Source: an uncultured Pseudomonadales bacterium
GTDB lineage: Bacteria; Patescibacteriota; Microgenomatia; UBA1400; MFAQ01
Assembly (NCBI GenBank): GCA_964648275.1
Contig: CAZYOB010000001.1
Location: forward strand, 1,443-65,442
Direction of reading: 5' to 3'
Length of the DNA: 64,000 bases
Under the pieces are notes generated by a model. The model made no database searches, had not been told where the DNA came from, and saw only the letters and a program-made list of their open reading frames with translations. This document shows positions 9,796 through 19,388 of this stretch, one piece after another. The translations under genes and the position numbers were made by a program. The stretch's first letter is position 1; each line of letters opens with the position of its first letter.

Positions 9796-10743
9796 TTATT
9801 TCAAAGTAACTGAATTGACAAATCGGGGCTGACCAAAATCGAATATCCTGACAGGAAGATCTTGTGAGGTAAGATAGTTTTTACCTGAAAAAAACATCTT
9901 AACCACTAATCCTTCTTGAGTTTTATCAGACCATGCCTGGTCAAAAATGAGATTCCCCAGAGAGTAGTAGATTGGTTTGCCGAGATAGATTTCTTTTTCC
10001 TGGACCCAATGAGGATGATGGCCAATGATGACATCCGCTCCAGAATCCACGCTTAGATGGGCAATCCTTTTTTGTGTGGCATTTGATTTTGGGGAATATT
10101 CCGATCCCCAGTGAAAAGTTGCGACTAGGATATCAACCTGATCATCAAGTTCTTTAATCTGTAACGAAAGTGACGATTCGTCTATTTTATCTATGGCGTT
10201 AAAACCGAGAAAGCCAAACTTAATACCCTTCATTTCCTTGATCGCAGGCTCAAAACCTATGGGAGTTATGTTGTTTTGCCTTAGGGTAGAGATGGTATAG
10301 TCGACGCCTTCCTGACCACGATTCCTAATGTGATTATTAGCTAGGTTGGCTATGTCAATGCCGGCCATTTTTAACCCTTCCAAATGTTCCGGAGGAGCGC
10401 AAAATATCATTCCGAAATCTGTCGGGGTGCAGTCCGAAAAGAACGGTGCCTCCAGATTAATCAAGGAGATATCGGCCGAGCTAAATTCTTGGGCGATATT
10501 TTTAAACGCCCATGTGTAGTCCTTATTTTTTATACTTCTGGTATTAACAGATCTGCCCAACATAACGTCTCCTCCAGCGATAAAGGTTATCATCTGGGAG
10601 GCGCTAGCGGTCCTTGGTTTATTATTAAGGGTTGGCTGTGAAATTATTTCCGGAAGTGGAGAGATCAACTTTGAGAAGGAACCGCTGCCGAGATAGGGAG
10701 TGACCAAGACGATGGCAATAAAAATGAGGAAGATTGGTTTCAT
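9796..10743 (-). CDS. CapA/PGA_cap family metallophosphatase-like protein
   Basis: Signal peptide plus the motifs 'GGDVMLGR', 'GHHPH' and 'YSLGNLIFDQ'. Confidence 0.8.
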   Translation of the reverse strand: MKPIFLIFIAIVLVTPYLGSGSFSKLISPLPEIISQPTLNNKPRTASASQMITFIAGGDVMLGRSVNTRSIKNKDYTWAFKNIAQEFSSADISLINLEAPFFSDCTPTDFGMIFCAPPEHLEGLKMAGIDIANLANNHIRNRGQEGVDYTISTLRQNNITPIGFEPAIKEMKGIKFGFLGFNAIDKIDESSLSLQIKELDDQVDILVATFHWGSEYSPKSNATQKRIAHLSVDSGADVIIGHHPHWVQEKEIYLGKPIYYSLGNLIFDQAWSDKTQEGLVVKMFFSGKNYLTSQDLPVRIFDFGQPRFVNSVTLK

Positions 10744-10751
10744 CTCTCATT

Positions 10752-11345
10752 TTAGTGTACCTTTGAGAGTGCAGAATTTGCAAACATTTTCCTATGCAGA
10801 GGTGAAAGTCCGTAATTCTTAAGAGCATATAAATGTTCTCTGGTACCGTAACCAGAGTTGTTTGCCCAGTTGTATTGTGGATGTACTTTATGATATTCCG
10901 TCATGGCCAAGTCTCTTTCAACTTTCGCTAAAATGCTGGCAAGCATAATCTGTGGATACAGATCATCACCACGGACGACACTTTCCATTTTGGGATCGTC
11001 AAATCTGATATTGCCATCAATCAGATACTTATCCGCGGTCATTTTTAAGGTCAACCTGAGGAACACTTCTTTGTTTGCCCAGGTGATTCCTCTAGTGTTG
11101 ATATCATCAACACCGATTGATTCCGTCAGATAAATTATCGGAAGACCCTCCCTTACCTCATAAATCTTCAGGCGTTGAATTTCAGTCATTTTTTTACTAT
11201 CCCTGAGAGGAGCAGGTAGCAGAGAAACAATTTTTTTGGCTGACTTGAGAAAAATTACACCTCCCGCGACCAATGGCCCGGCGAGCGAGCCGCGTCCACA
11301 TTCATCCAATCCACAAATTACCATGAGTGGATTATACAGATTCAA
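10752..11345 (-). CDS. rnhB: Ribonuclease HII
   Basis: 'ICGLDECGRGSLAGPLV' active-site motif, 197 aa. Confidence 0.85.
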   Translation of the reverse strand: MNLYNPLMVICGLDECGRGSLAGPLVAGGVIFLKSAKKIVSLLPAPLRDSKKMTEIQRLKIYEVREGLPIIYLTESIGVDDINTRGITWANKEVFLRLTLKMTADKYLIDGNIRFDDPKMESVVRGDDLYPQIMLASILAKVERDLAMTEYHKVHPQYNWANNSGYGTREHLYALKNYGLSPLHRKMFANSALSKVH

Positions 11346-11389
11346 AAAGCGCCCCCACGGAGCGCTTCTTGAAATTTTTTGATAAAAAA

Positions 11390-11869
11390 TTAACGTTTCG
11401 GAGATTGTTTCTTGGCGCGGGCACGTCCACCTTGGCCGGCTTTACGAGTTTCTTTCATACGAGGATCGCGAGTCAGAAGTCCCTTGGCTCTGAGCAATGC
11501 TTTGTATTTATCGGCGTCTATCTTGATAAGGGCACGGGCAATGCCGTGGACCATAGCGTCGGCTTGAGACATCATGCCTGAGCCTGCCACCTTAACACTA
11601 CCGGTGTATTGACCGAGAGTTTCGGTGATGGCGAAAGGAAGCTGATAGATCTTCTTGAGTGTTTCACCCTTGAAATAGCCGGAAACCGGTTTTCCATTGA
11701 CTACTAGTTCCTGCTTGCCTGGCCAAAGTCTGACGCGGGCAACGGCGGTTTTTCTTCTACCAACGGCAGAAATGTAGTCCTTGGGCATGGCGAGGACTCC
11801 TTTTTTTACCGGAACTGTCTTGACTGGTTTAACGGCGATCTTTGATTTTTTTGTGAGTTTTTGAGCCAT
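11390..11869 (-). CDS. rpsI: 30S ribosomal protein S9 (with basic N-terminal extension)
   Basis: 'GRRKTAVARV', 'HGIARAL' and a C-terminal 'KR'. The start may instead be the internal MPKDY. Confidence 0.85.
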   Translation of the reverse strand: MAQKLTKKSKIAVKPVKTVPVKKGVLAMPKDYISAVGRRKTAVARVRLWPGKQELVVNGKPVSGYFKGETLKKIYQLPFAITETLGQYTGSVKVAGSGMMSQADAMVHGIARALIKIDADKYKALLRAKGLLTRDPRMKETRKAGQGGRARAKKQSPKR

Positions 11870-11872
11870 AGT

Positions 11873-12304
11873 TTATTTTGTTTCTTTGTTTAATCCCAGT
11901 TCGACAGAGTAAGGATGAGTGGCGTCGGGGTAGACCTTGAGACGACGGAGGCGAGTCTGTTGGTGTTTATTCTTGGGAAGCATACCTTTGACTGCCTTTT
12001 CAATGACTTTGCGAGGATCTTTGGCGAGAAGTTGTTCGAAACTGAGCTCCTTGAGGCCACCGGGGAAACCGGAGTGAGAATAGTATTTTTTGTCGGTAAC
12101 TTTTTTACCGGTAACGTGAATTTTGGCTGCGTTGATAGCAACGACGAAGTCACCATTGTCCAAGTGACCCCCCGAAAGAGGCTTTCCCTTACCAATGAGA
12201 AGTTGGGCGATTTCGGTAGAAACACGACCCAGGGTTTTACCATCAAGATCAACTAGGTGCCAAGAATGCTTAACGTCTGTGGGTTTTATAGTAAGAGTTT
12301 TCAT
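11873..12304 (-). CDS. rplM: 50S ribosomal protein L13
   Basis: 'WHLVDLDGKTLGR' L13 signature. Confidence 0.9.
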   Translation of the reverse strand: MKTLTIKPTDVKHSWHLVDLDGKTLGRVSTEIAQLLIGKGKPLSGGHLDNGDFVVAINAAKIHVTGKKVTDKKYYSHSGFPGGLKELSFEQLLAKDPRKVIEKAVKGMLPKNKHQQTRLRRLKVYPDATHPYSVELGLNKETK

Positions 12305-12309
12305 AAGAT

Positions 12310-12747
12310 TTATTTGGCTTTTTTAACTGACTTTTCTTTCTTGGCGGCCTTCTTATCTTCCTTCACAGGTTTGACAGTCTCTGGCATGGGAACAACCAAC
12401 TTGAGAATGGCAAGTGCGGTTGCATCACCACGGCGGACTTCTGTCTTTTGGATAGTGGTGAAACCACTAGTCCTATCAGAAAGAGCCGGAGTAATGGTAT
12501 CAACCAGTCTGTTCCCGGAAGCGGGGTTACCCAAGGTGGCGATGACATTGCGTCTTGAACTAAGAGTCCCCTGCTTGGCTTTGGTCACCAACTTGTCAAA
12601 GAGACGTTTGATGATCTTGGCTTTGGTCACGGTCGTAGTAAGGTAACCATTCTTGATAAGTTCTTTTAACTGATTCCTGAAAAGAGCTTTTCTGTGGTTC
12701 GCGTCACGATTTAGTTTTGGCAGACGAGATTGATGTTTTACAGCCAT
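12310..12747 (-). CDS. rplQ: 50S ribosomal protein L17
   Basis: 'HRKALFRNQ' L17 signature. Confidence 0.9.
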   Translation of the reverse strand: MAVKHQSRLPKLNRDANHRKALFRNQLKELIKNGYLTTTVTKAKIIKRLFDKLVTKAKQGTLSSRRNVIATLGNPASGNRLVDTITPALSDRTSGFTTIQKTEVRRGDATALAILKLVVPMPETVKPVKEDKKAAKKEKSVKKAK

Positions 12748-12755
12748 AGTAAGTA

Positions 12756-13661
12756 TTACGCAATAGTAATGCCCTTCTCAGCGGCTTTTTCGACGACCTG
12801 AGCGGCAGATTTCTCACCAAGATTTTTCACCTTGTGGAGATCTGAAAGAGAGAGGGATTTGAGATCTGATAACTTGACAATATCGGCTTTTTTGAGAGCG
12901 TTCAGCACTCTAGTAGGAAGATCAAGATCATCGACATAACCTCCAGTTGCCAGAGTGGAAGCTTTGGGCTTGACCTCGATAAGATAGGCTTCTTCCGAGT
13001 TTACATATGCGGAATAATCAGTGAGAAGGCGAGAAGCTTCCTTGAAGGCGTCAAGTGGGGTTATGGATCCGTCGGTGACAAGTTGTAATTTGATCTTGTC
13101 GAAAGCGGTACTGCGGCCCACACGAGTGGCTTCGATGGTATAGCTTGCACTGATAACCGGAGAGAAAGAAGAATCCAGAGGGATGACGCCGATCTCTTCA
13201 GAGGTGTGTTCTTCAGCGGGCACGTAACCCATACCTCGGGCGACTGTGATAACGGCATTGATCTTGGCCTTGGGAGACGTGAGATGGCAAAGAACTTTGT
13301 CGGGATTAGTGACGGTGACGCCAGTGGGGCAATCTAGATCCGAAGCCTTGATTTCTTTTTCGCCTGAAACATGAAGTTTGACGTTTTTAATTTCGTCAGT
13401 ATCGATGGCGAAATTAACGGTCTTGAGATTTAGGATGAGGTCCAAGATATCTTCCCTGAGACCGGAGAGAGTTGAAAATTGGTGAGGAACACCATCGACC
13501 TTAATGCTGGTAGCAGATCCGCCCTCGAGAGAAGTGAGGAGGATACGGCGAAGGGAGTTACCCAGGGTGTGACCGAAGTTTTGGGGAAGAGGTTCAATAA
13601 TGATCTGAGCTGCGTTAACACCAGTATCTTTAGTGGTGACCTTAAAGTTTGGTTGTAACAT
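12756..13661 (-). CDS. rpoA: DNA-directed RNA polymerase subunit alpha
   Basis: N-terminal domain 'GHTLGNSLRRILL', C-terminal alpha-CTD, 301 aa. Confidence 0.9.
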   Translation of the reverse strand: MLQPNFKVTTKDTGVNAAQIIIEPLPQNFGHTLGNSLRRILLTSLEGGSATSIKVDGVPHQFSTLSGLREDILDLILNLKTVNFAIDTDEIKNVKLHVSGEKEIKASDLDCPTGVTVTNPDKVLCHLTSPKAKINAVITVARGMGYVPAEEHTSEEIGVIPLDSSFSPVISASYTIEATRVGRSTAFDKIKLQLVTDGSITPLDAFKEASRLLTDYSAYVNSEEAYLIEVKPKASTLATGGYVDDLDLPTRVLNALKKADIVKLSDLKSLSLSDLHKVKNLGEKSAAQVVEKAAEKGITIA

Positions 13662-13690
13662 TTTAGAATTTATACTAATTATTAAAATTT

Positions 13691-14314
13691 TTATCTTGAG
13701 TAGAACTCGATAATAAGATTCTCCTTGATGTCGGAACCGATTTCGTCACGAGTAGGAAGACGGTCAATTTTTCCAACAGTTGCTTTGCGGGATAACCACT
13801 TGGCGGGAAGATTCTTTTCGTTAAGGTTGTCAGCAACAAAGTTCATCTTAGCTCCCTCAGGAGTTAGAGATATTACTTCGCCGGGTTTGGTGAGGTAGCT
13901 GCAGATATCAACTTTTTTGTCATTAACTTTGAGATGACCGTGGGTAACAAGTTGACGGGCAAGAGAGCGGCTGATGGTGAATCCAAGGCGATAGACGACG
14001 TTGTCCAAGCGGGACTCGAGTGTCTGCATAAGAACTTCACCTGTATTTTGAGGTGACTTGAGAGACATAACGTAGTATCTGTGGAATTGGCCTTCGAGAA
14101 TGCCGTAGAGACGTTTGGCTTTTTGTTTTTCTCTGAGTTGAATTCCGTAACCGGAGATACGTCCACGGGATCTCTTTTTTCCGTGCTGACCGGGAACCTG
14201 AGCGCCTCTTTTTTCAATGGGACATTTGGGGGTAAAACAGCGGGCACCCTTGAGATAGAGCTTAACGCCTTCACGGCGACAGAGTCTGCATTTGGGATCG
14301 ATGTATTTTGCCAT
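13691..14314 (-). CDS. rpsD: 30S ribosomal protein S4
   Basis: N-terminal 'CRLCRREG...KC' zinc motif and an S4 domain. Confidence 0.9.
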   Translation of the reverse strand: MAKYIDPKCRLCRREGVKLYLKGARCFTPKCPIEKRGAQVPGQHGKKRSRGRISGYGIQLREKQKAKRLYGILEGQFHRYYVMSLKSPQNTGEVLMQTLESRLDNVVYRLGFTISRSLARQLVTHGHLKVNDKKVDICSYLTKPGEVISLTPEGAKMNFVADNLNEKNLPAKWLSRKATVGKIDRLPTRDEIGSDIKENLIIEFYSR

Positions 14315-14342
14315 AGTGTATTTTTCTTAGTGTAAGTAAATG

Positions 14343-14750
14343 TTAGACTCTCCTGGTTTTTCTGGGACGGCAGCCATTGTGAGGGATAGGAGTGGTGTCG
14401 GCAAGAAGGTTAATATCGAGACCTGAGGTCTTTAGGACGCGGATAGAAGCGTCTTTACCGGGACCGGGTCCTTTAAGGAAGACTTCAAGAGTGTTGAGGC
14501 CCAGAGATTTGGCTTTGCGGAGGCCTTCTTCAACGATGGTGGTAGCAGCGAAAGGGGTTGAGCGCTTGGCGCCTTTGAAACCACAAGTTCCAGCCGAGCT
14601 CCAGCAAACGACGTTGCCTGTCATGTCAGTAAAAGAGACATAGGTGGTATTGAAGGTGGATTTGACGTACATCTTTCCCTGACCGCCTTTGAAATGAGCG
14701 GTTGAGGCCTTTTTGGTTTTTTTGATGGTTTTTTCTTTAGGTGCTGGCAT
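14343..14750 (-). CDS. rpsK: 30S ribosomal protein S11
   Basis: 'TPIPHNGCRP' C-terminal signature. Confidence 0.9.
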   Translation of the reverse strand: MPAPKEKTIKKTKKASTAHFKGGQGKMYVKSTFNTTYVSFTDMTGNVVCWSSAGTCGFKGAKRSTPFAATTIVEEGLRKAKSLGLNTLEVFLKGPGPGKDASIRVLKTSGLDINLLADTTPIPHNGCRPRKTRRV

Positions 14751-14756
14751 GTTAGT

Positions 14757-15161
14757 TTATTTCTTGACTGGTGAAGTTTCTAGTTTGGCTGCAGCTTCTT
14801 TACTTAGGGCACCGATAGTCTTTCTCTTGCCTTTACGGGTTCGAGCATTAGTGCGTGTGCGTTGGCCGCGGACGGGAAGTCCCATGGTGTGACGGAGACC
14901 CCTATATGCCTGACTTCTTTTGAGAGTTTCGATGTTGTCACGGACCATTTTTCTTAGCTCACCCTCTGTTGGAACTGATTCAACAATAGCCTGGATGGTC
15001 TTAAGTTCGTCAGCGGTCAAGTTTTTAGTCTTGATGCTGGGATCCACTTTAGCCTGTTTAAGGATGTCTTTGGCGATCTTTTTTCCGACACCAAAGATAT
15101 AGGTGAGGGATATATCGATTCTTTTTTCGTTTGGTACGTCTACTCCTGCAAGTCTTGGCAT
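14757..15161 (-). CDS. rpsM: 30S ribosomal protein S13
   Basis: 'MPRLAGVDVP...ISLTYIFG' signature. Confidence 0.9.
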   Translation of the reverse strand: MPRLAGVDVPNEKRIDISLTYIFGVGKKIAKDILKQAKVDPSIKTKNLTADELKTIQAIVESVPTEGELRKMVRDNIETLKRSQAYRGLRHTMGLPVRGQRTRTNARTRKGKRKTIGALSKEAAAKLETSPVKK

Positions 15162-15176
15162 ATATTCAATAAGTAA

Positions 15177-15290
15177 TTAGCCCTGGCGCTGTTTATGGCG
15201 AGGGGTGGTGCAAATAACGAACACCTTACCGTGGCGTTTAATAATTTTGCAATTTTTGCATCTAGGGCGGACTGATGATTGAACCCGCAT
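15177..15290 (-). CDS. rpmJ: 50S ribosomal protein L36
   Basis: Not in the ORF track because it is under 60 aa. Hand translation gives [37 protein letters not shown], with the C..C..C..H zinc ribbon. Confidence 0.85.
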   Translation of the reverse strand: MRVQSSVRPRCKNCKIIKRHGKVFVICTTPRHKQRQG

Positions 15291-15349
15291 GCTTATATAT
15301 TTAAGTGTTAGTAATTGATTTTGGACATTGGAAAACAGGAGAAGATGGA

Positions 15350-15568
15350 TCAGCTCTGACGGAATACAATCCTGCCTTTGGTGGTGTCGTATGGGCTCAT
15401 ATCGAGCTTAACTTTGTCACCCGGCATGACTTTTATGCGATATAGACGCATTTTTCCGGCGAGATGGGCCAAGATTTCTCTGCCATCTTCGAGGGTTACC
15501 CTGAATTGTGTGTTTGGTAAGGCCTCGGAGACGACTCCGTTTACCTCAGTCATCTGGTTTTTAGCCAT
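15350..15568 (-). CDS. infA: Translation initiation factor IF-1
   Basis: 72 aa from MAKNQ. The S1-like fold 'GKMR...PGDKV' is present. The longer track ORF is a 5' over-extension. Confidence 0.85.
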   Translation of the reverse strand: MAKNQMTEVNGVVSEALPNTQFRVTLEDGREILAHLAGKMRLYRIKVMPGDKVKLDMSPYDTTKGRIVFRQS

Positions 15569-15683
15569 ATTAAGTTGTGCAAGTGGTATTGTACCAGAGA
15601 CAGGCTCAAATTGCCAGTTAGCCCTGGGCACGACCACGTAGGGGATATTGTACATCAATTATGTGAGGAATGTACACCAATCT

Positions 15684-16418
15684 CTAGTTTGCCTGGGTGA
15701 GAATTATGGGGCCGTCTTGGCTGATATAGACTGTTTCCTCAAACATGCCTGTGACCGAGCCATCCTGGGTAGAAAGAGTCCAGCCATCGCTATCCTCAAC
15801 CAGGCTAGGTCGCCCCATGGCATACATTATCTCGATGGCAATGGTCTGGTTTTCATGAAGAATGTTTTTCTTGGTGTGAGGGTCCGCGAAGCAGGGAATG
15901 TACGGTTCCATGTGAAGTTCTTTGCCTATACCGTGGCCAGTCAGGTCTCTGATGACCGAATATCCGGCAGGCTCAACCGTGTCCTGCATAGCCAAGCTAA
16001 TATCGAAGATCGTGTTCCCAGGGCGGGCCGCCACAATGGCACGGGAGAGGGCTAGCTGGCCGATCTTAAGGAATTCAGTAGTTTTGTTATCAACAGGCTC
16101 AACTTGAATCGTTAGAGATGAATCGAGGTGATAACCATTATGGAATAACCCCATGTCTACCTTGACAACATCTCCGGATTTAAAGGGAATGTCATTGGGA
16201 ATGCCATGAACCATTCCTGAGTTGACGTTGATACAAGTGGCATTGAAGTATCCTGGAACCATTTTAAAAGAAGGTCTATCACCGCCTTTGACGATAAGAT
16301 CATCAATCACTTGGTCGATTTCCCGTGGAGTGACTCCGGCTTTTATTTTCGAGGAGATGAGGGACTTGATGTGCCCTAAGCGTTTACCGCCCTCAACCAT
16401 GGCGGTGAGTTTGTTCAT
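15684..16418 (-). CDS. map: Methionine aminopeptidase type I
   Basis: Metal ligands in 'DVVKVDMG' and 'HGIG', pita-bread fold, 244 aa. Confidence 0.9.
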   Translation of the reverse strand: MNKLTAMVEGGKRLGHIKSLISSKIKAGVTPREIDQVIDDLIVKGGDRPSFKMVPGYFNATCINVNSGMVHGIPNDIPFKSGDVVKVDMGLFHNGYHLDSSLTIQVEPVDNKTTEFLKIGQLALSRAIVAARPGNTIFDISLAMQDTVEPAGYSVIRDLTGHGIGKELHMEPYIPCFADPHTKKNILHENQTIAIEIMYAMGRPSLVEDSDGWTLSTQDGSVTGMFEETVYISQDGPIILTQAN

Positions 16419-16987
16419 GAGACATATTTTACATCTTCGAGCTTGCTGACGATATCCCGAAAAACCGTATCGATGTCCGGGGTACCATTAACCTCGATGA
16501 CTTTGCCTTGCTGGCGATAGAAGTCTATGACGGGAACTGTTTCATTCTGATAGAGCTCAAGGCGTTTTTGCATGGCTTCGTCGTTGTCATCAGTGCGATG
16601 CTCGATTTCAGCCCGTTTACGCATTCTGTTAAGGCTTTCCTCATGTGAAAGGGTGAGCAGGACAACCTTATCCAGCTTAACCCCCACTCTCTTAAAAACT
16701 TTTTCCAGCTCCTGGGCTTGAAATAGATTTCTGGGGGTGCCGTCAAGAATGAAACCATTTTTTTGATTGAGTGGAGTCTTTTCAAGAACAGAAAAAAGTT
16801 CGGAGTCAGATATCAGTTCACCGGTGTTGATTTTTTCCTGGAGTGCCCTGCCGAAGGGGCTGTTTGACGCAACCTCCTGCCTGATCAGTTCTCCGGTCGA
16901 AATGTGATTGAGATTGTATTTATCGGCCAACAGTTTGGCTTGAGTGCCCTTGCCCGACCCTTGAGGTCCCAATATTATTAAGTTCAT
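16415..16987 (-). CDS. adk: Adenylate kinase
   Basis: 'ILGPQGSGKGTQA' P-loop, 190 aa, short-lid type. Confidence 0.9.
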   Translation of the reverse strand: MNLIILGPQGSGKGTQAKLLADKYNLNHISTGELIRQEVASNSPFGRALQEKINTGELISDSELFSVLEKTPLNQKNGFILDGTPRNLFQAQELEKVFKRVGVKLDKVVLLTLSHEESLNRMRKRAEIEHRTDDNDEAMQKRLELYQNETVPVIDFYRQQGKVIEVNGTPDIDTVFRDIVSKLEDVKYVS

Positions 16988-16989
16988 CT

Positions 16990-18273
16990 TTAACTTAAAA
17001 ACTTTTCGTAGTGGTGCATGTAGAGTTGCGAGTTGATCGACTTCAGAATTTCCAGGACTACCGAAACAACGATAAGAACCCCGGTACCACCAATGGCTAG
17101 CGCGGACACTCCAGTGATGCCGGAAACAATGGCCGGCATGACGGCGACCAGTCCGAGGAAAAATGCGCCGACAAGAGTGATGCGGTTAAGAACAAAATTA
17201 AGGTACTTGATCGTATCAGGACCGGGACGGACTCCAGGAATGAAGCTGCCCGACTGTCTGAGGTCTTTAGCGATTTTTTCCGGATTAAAGACAACTGCGG
17301 TGTAAAAGTAGGTAAAGGCAACGACGAAGAAGAAGTAAAGTGCATTGTATAAGAAACTATTGGGGTTGAGTGAGTTGCTGAGATTGGTAGCAAGTTGAGC
17401 CAGTTGAGGTTGCTGAACACCCGATAGAACCCGAGCGAGAAGTCCGGGAATCATCATGAAAGAAACTGCGAAGATGATCGGAATGACACCGGCTTGGTTC
17501 AATCTGAGGGGGAGATGGTTTTTGACGGCAGCTGTGTAGGAGGTGAGCCCTCTTCTAGCCGACTGAATGGGAACTTCTCTGGTGGCTTCACTAGCGCGGA
17601 CAATGGCGTAAATGACAGCAAGAGAGGCAGCAAGAAAGATGCCGTACTGGATAAACATGGATTGATCGGCTGTGGTAAATAATTGGACGGCGGTGACGGG
17701 CAGACGGCTAATAATGCCGACAAAGATCAGTAAGCTAATCCCATTACCAAGGCCGTAGTCATTAAGTTGTTCTCCCAACCAGACCATAAGAGCAGTGCCA
17801 GCCGAGAGGGTAAAGACTATGCTAGCCAATTGAAGAGGATCGGAGGTGGTAGTGAGTCCCTGACGAGAAAGTAAGAAGAGTAGACCGACGGCTTGCATAA
17901 AACAGAGAGGAACAGTGAGAAGTCTGGTGTACTGGTTGATCTTCTGACGACCGTAGTCCCCTTCTTTCTGGAGTTCTTCGATTTTGGGAATAACCATACC
18001 CAACATTTGGATAATGATGGAGGCGTTGATGTATGGGTTCAACCCTAGGGCCATGATGGAAAAATTGCCCAAGGTTCCACCGGAAAAGACGTCCAAAAGT
18101 GAGAGGAAGGCAGATTGATCGAAAATATTTTTTAAGGAAGCAAGGTTGATCCCCGGGGCTGGGATGTGGGCAACGAAACGGATAATAGCGATAATAAGAG
18201 CCGTAAAGATAAGACGGTTTCGAAGATCCTTAATCTTCAGAAGTCCGCGAAAAGGAGCTAATAAATTTTCCAT
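16990..18273 (-). CDS. secY: Preprotein translocase subunit SecY
   Basis: 427 aa with 10 TM helices, in its conserved position after the adk/map side of the cluster. Confidence 0.9.
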   Translation of the reverse strand: MENLLAPFRGLLKIKDLRNRLIFTALIIAIIRFVAHIPAPGINLASLKNIFDQSAFLSLLDVFSGGTLGNFSIMALGLNPYINASIIIQMLGMVIPKIEELQKEGDYGRQKINQYTRLLTVPLCFMQAVGLLFLLSRQGLTTTSDPLQLASIVFTLSAGTALMVWLGEQLNDYGLGNGISLLIFVGIISRLPVTAVQLFTTADQSMFIQYGIFLAASLAVIYAIVRASEATREVPIQSARRGLTSYTAAVKNHLPLRLNQAGVIPIIFAVSFMMIPGLLARVLSGVQQPQLAQLATNLSNSLNPNSFLYNALYFFFVVAFTYFYTAVVFNPEKIAKDLRQSGSFIPGVRPGPDTIKYLNFVLNRITLVGAFFLGLVAVMPAIVSGITGVSALAIGGTGVLIVVSVVLEILKSINSQLYMHHYEKFLS

Positions 18274-18317
18274 GTGTTTATATTCTAGCAGGGAATTATG
18301 CGTACAGTCGGTCTTGA

Positions 18318-18851
18318 TTACAGATTTTGGCCCCTACATTCCCAGAGGTCTGTTATCCCGTCTCTGTTGTAATCGTATGTGACCCATGCTATCGGGCAGT
18401 AAAAGTATTTACCACTTTCATTAGTGACGCATTTATACCCATTCCTGACCTTCTCGGGGGTAACGTAGGAAACAAGACTACTATTAGGACAGGTGGTCGT
18501 GGACCAATCTGAAACGGTAGGAACTGTCTTTGTGGGAGTAGGAGCATCTTTGCTCTTAACAAATGAACAGATCGGGATATTGGTGGACTTACCGGTCTTG
18601 GAGTCCTTGCGTTTCTCCGTCCTTGTCTTTTCGCAAATTCCGCCCCCAATCCTATCGCCTACTGAGGCATTCTTACATTTGCTGTCGGATTTGGCTGGGT
18701 GGCAACTTTTTGATGCAGCTGAAGAACTAATGTCGAGAGATGGGGAGGTAAAAGCGACTATGGCAGCCGAAAGACCGAGAACCAATAATGCTACCGGGAG
18801 AAACCTTTTAAGGTTAAGTTTGCTGACCGAAAAGCTCTTTTTCTTGGACAT
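18318..18851 (-). CDS. Hypothetical Cys-rich secreted/anchored protein
   Basis: N-terminal TM or signal peptide (LPVALLVLGLSAAIVAF), 10 cysteines, no recognisable domain. It is inserted between rplO and secY. Confidence 0.45.
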   Translation of the reverse strand: MSKKKSFSVSKLNLKRFLPVALLVLGLSAAIVAFTSPSLDISSSAASKSCHPAKSDSKCKNASVGDRIGGGICEKTRTEKRKDSKTGKSTNIPICSFVKSKDAPTPTKTVPTVSDWSTTTCPNSSLVSYVTPEKVRNGYKCVTNESGKYFYCPIAWVTYDYNRDGITDLWECRGQNL

Positions 18852-18887
18852 AATAAAAATATACCATATCGACCGTTGTCTTTAAAT

Positions 18888-18912
18888 ACAAAAAAGCGGC
18901 AATGAGCCGCTC
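18888..18912 (-). terminator. Rho-independent terminator downstream of rplO
   Basis: On the minus strand: GAGCGGC-TCATT-GCCGCT followed by TTTTTTG. Confidence 0.5.
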
Positions 18913-18936
18913 CTTTGTACTGCTATATTTTTTGTA

Positions 18937-19383
18937 TTATTTGGCGAATGAATATTTTCCTCCGGCTTTCTCAATGAGTTTGACAGCTCCTGCAGTGGCC
19001 AAGACGGCAATCTCCAGAGGCTTTTCAATCTTGCCAGTGGCAACGATCTTGAAACCTCTTTTGGATTCTTTCTCGTTGAGTTTCAGACTTTCCGAAAGAA
19101 GTTTGGCATCAACAACGGTGTTATCGGCAAACTTGCTCAAGAAATCAAGATTAACGACAATGGGCTGAGAGTATATGGACTGGAAACGGTGCTTACCTTT
19201 GATGAAAGGGGTACGTCTAACGATTGGAAGCTGTCCACCTTCAAACCAGGCTGGGATGGTACCACGGGTCTTCTGGCCCTTTTGACCACGACCGACAGTG
19301 TGACCGCCAACTCCGGAACCAAAACCGCGACCAAGGCGTTTTTTGCTCTTAAGGGTAGATTTGGGTAAACTTGCAAGTAACAT
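18937..19383 (-). CDS. rplO: 50S ribosomal protein L15
   Basis: 'RLGRGFGSG.GGHTVGRGQKGQK' signature. Confidence 0.9.
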   Translation of the reverse strand: MLLASLPKSTLKSKKRLGRGFGSGVGGHTVGRGQKGQKTRGTIPAWFEGGQLPIVRRTPFIKGKHRFQSIYSQPIVVNLDFLSKFADNTVVDAKLLSESLKLNEKESKRGFKIVATGKIEKPLEIAVLATAGAVKLIEKAGGKYSFAK

Positions 19384-19388
19384 AGTCT

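Noticed and set aside
15568-15658. 30-codon N-terminal extension on infA
   Set aside because: IF-1 is ~72 aa and begins at MAKNQ. The extension has no homology and would overlap the spacer or promoter.
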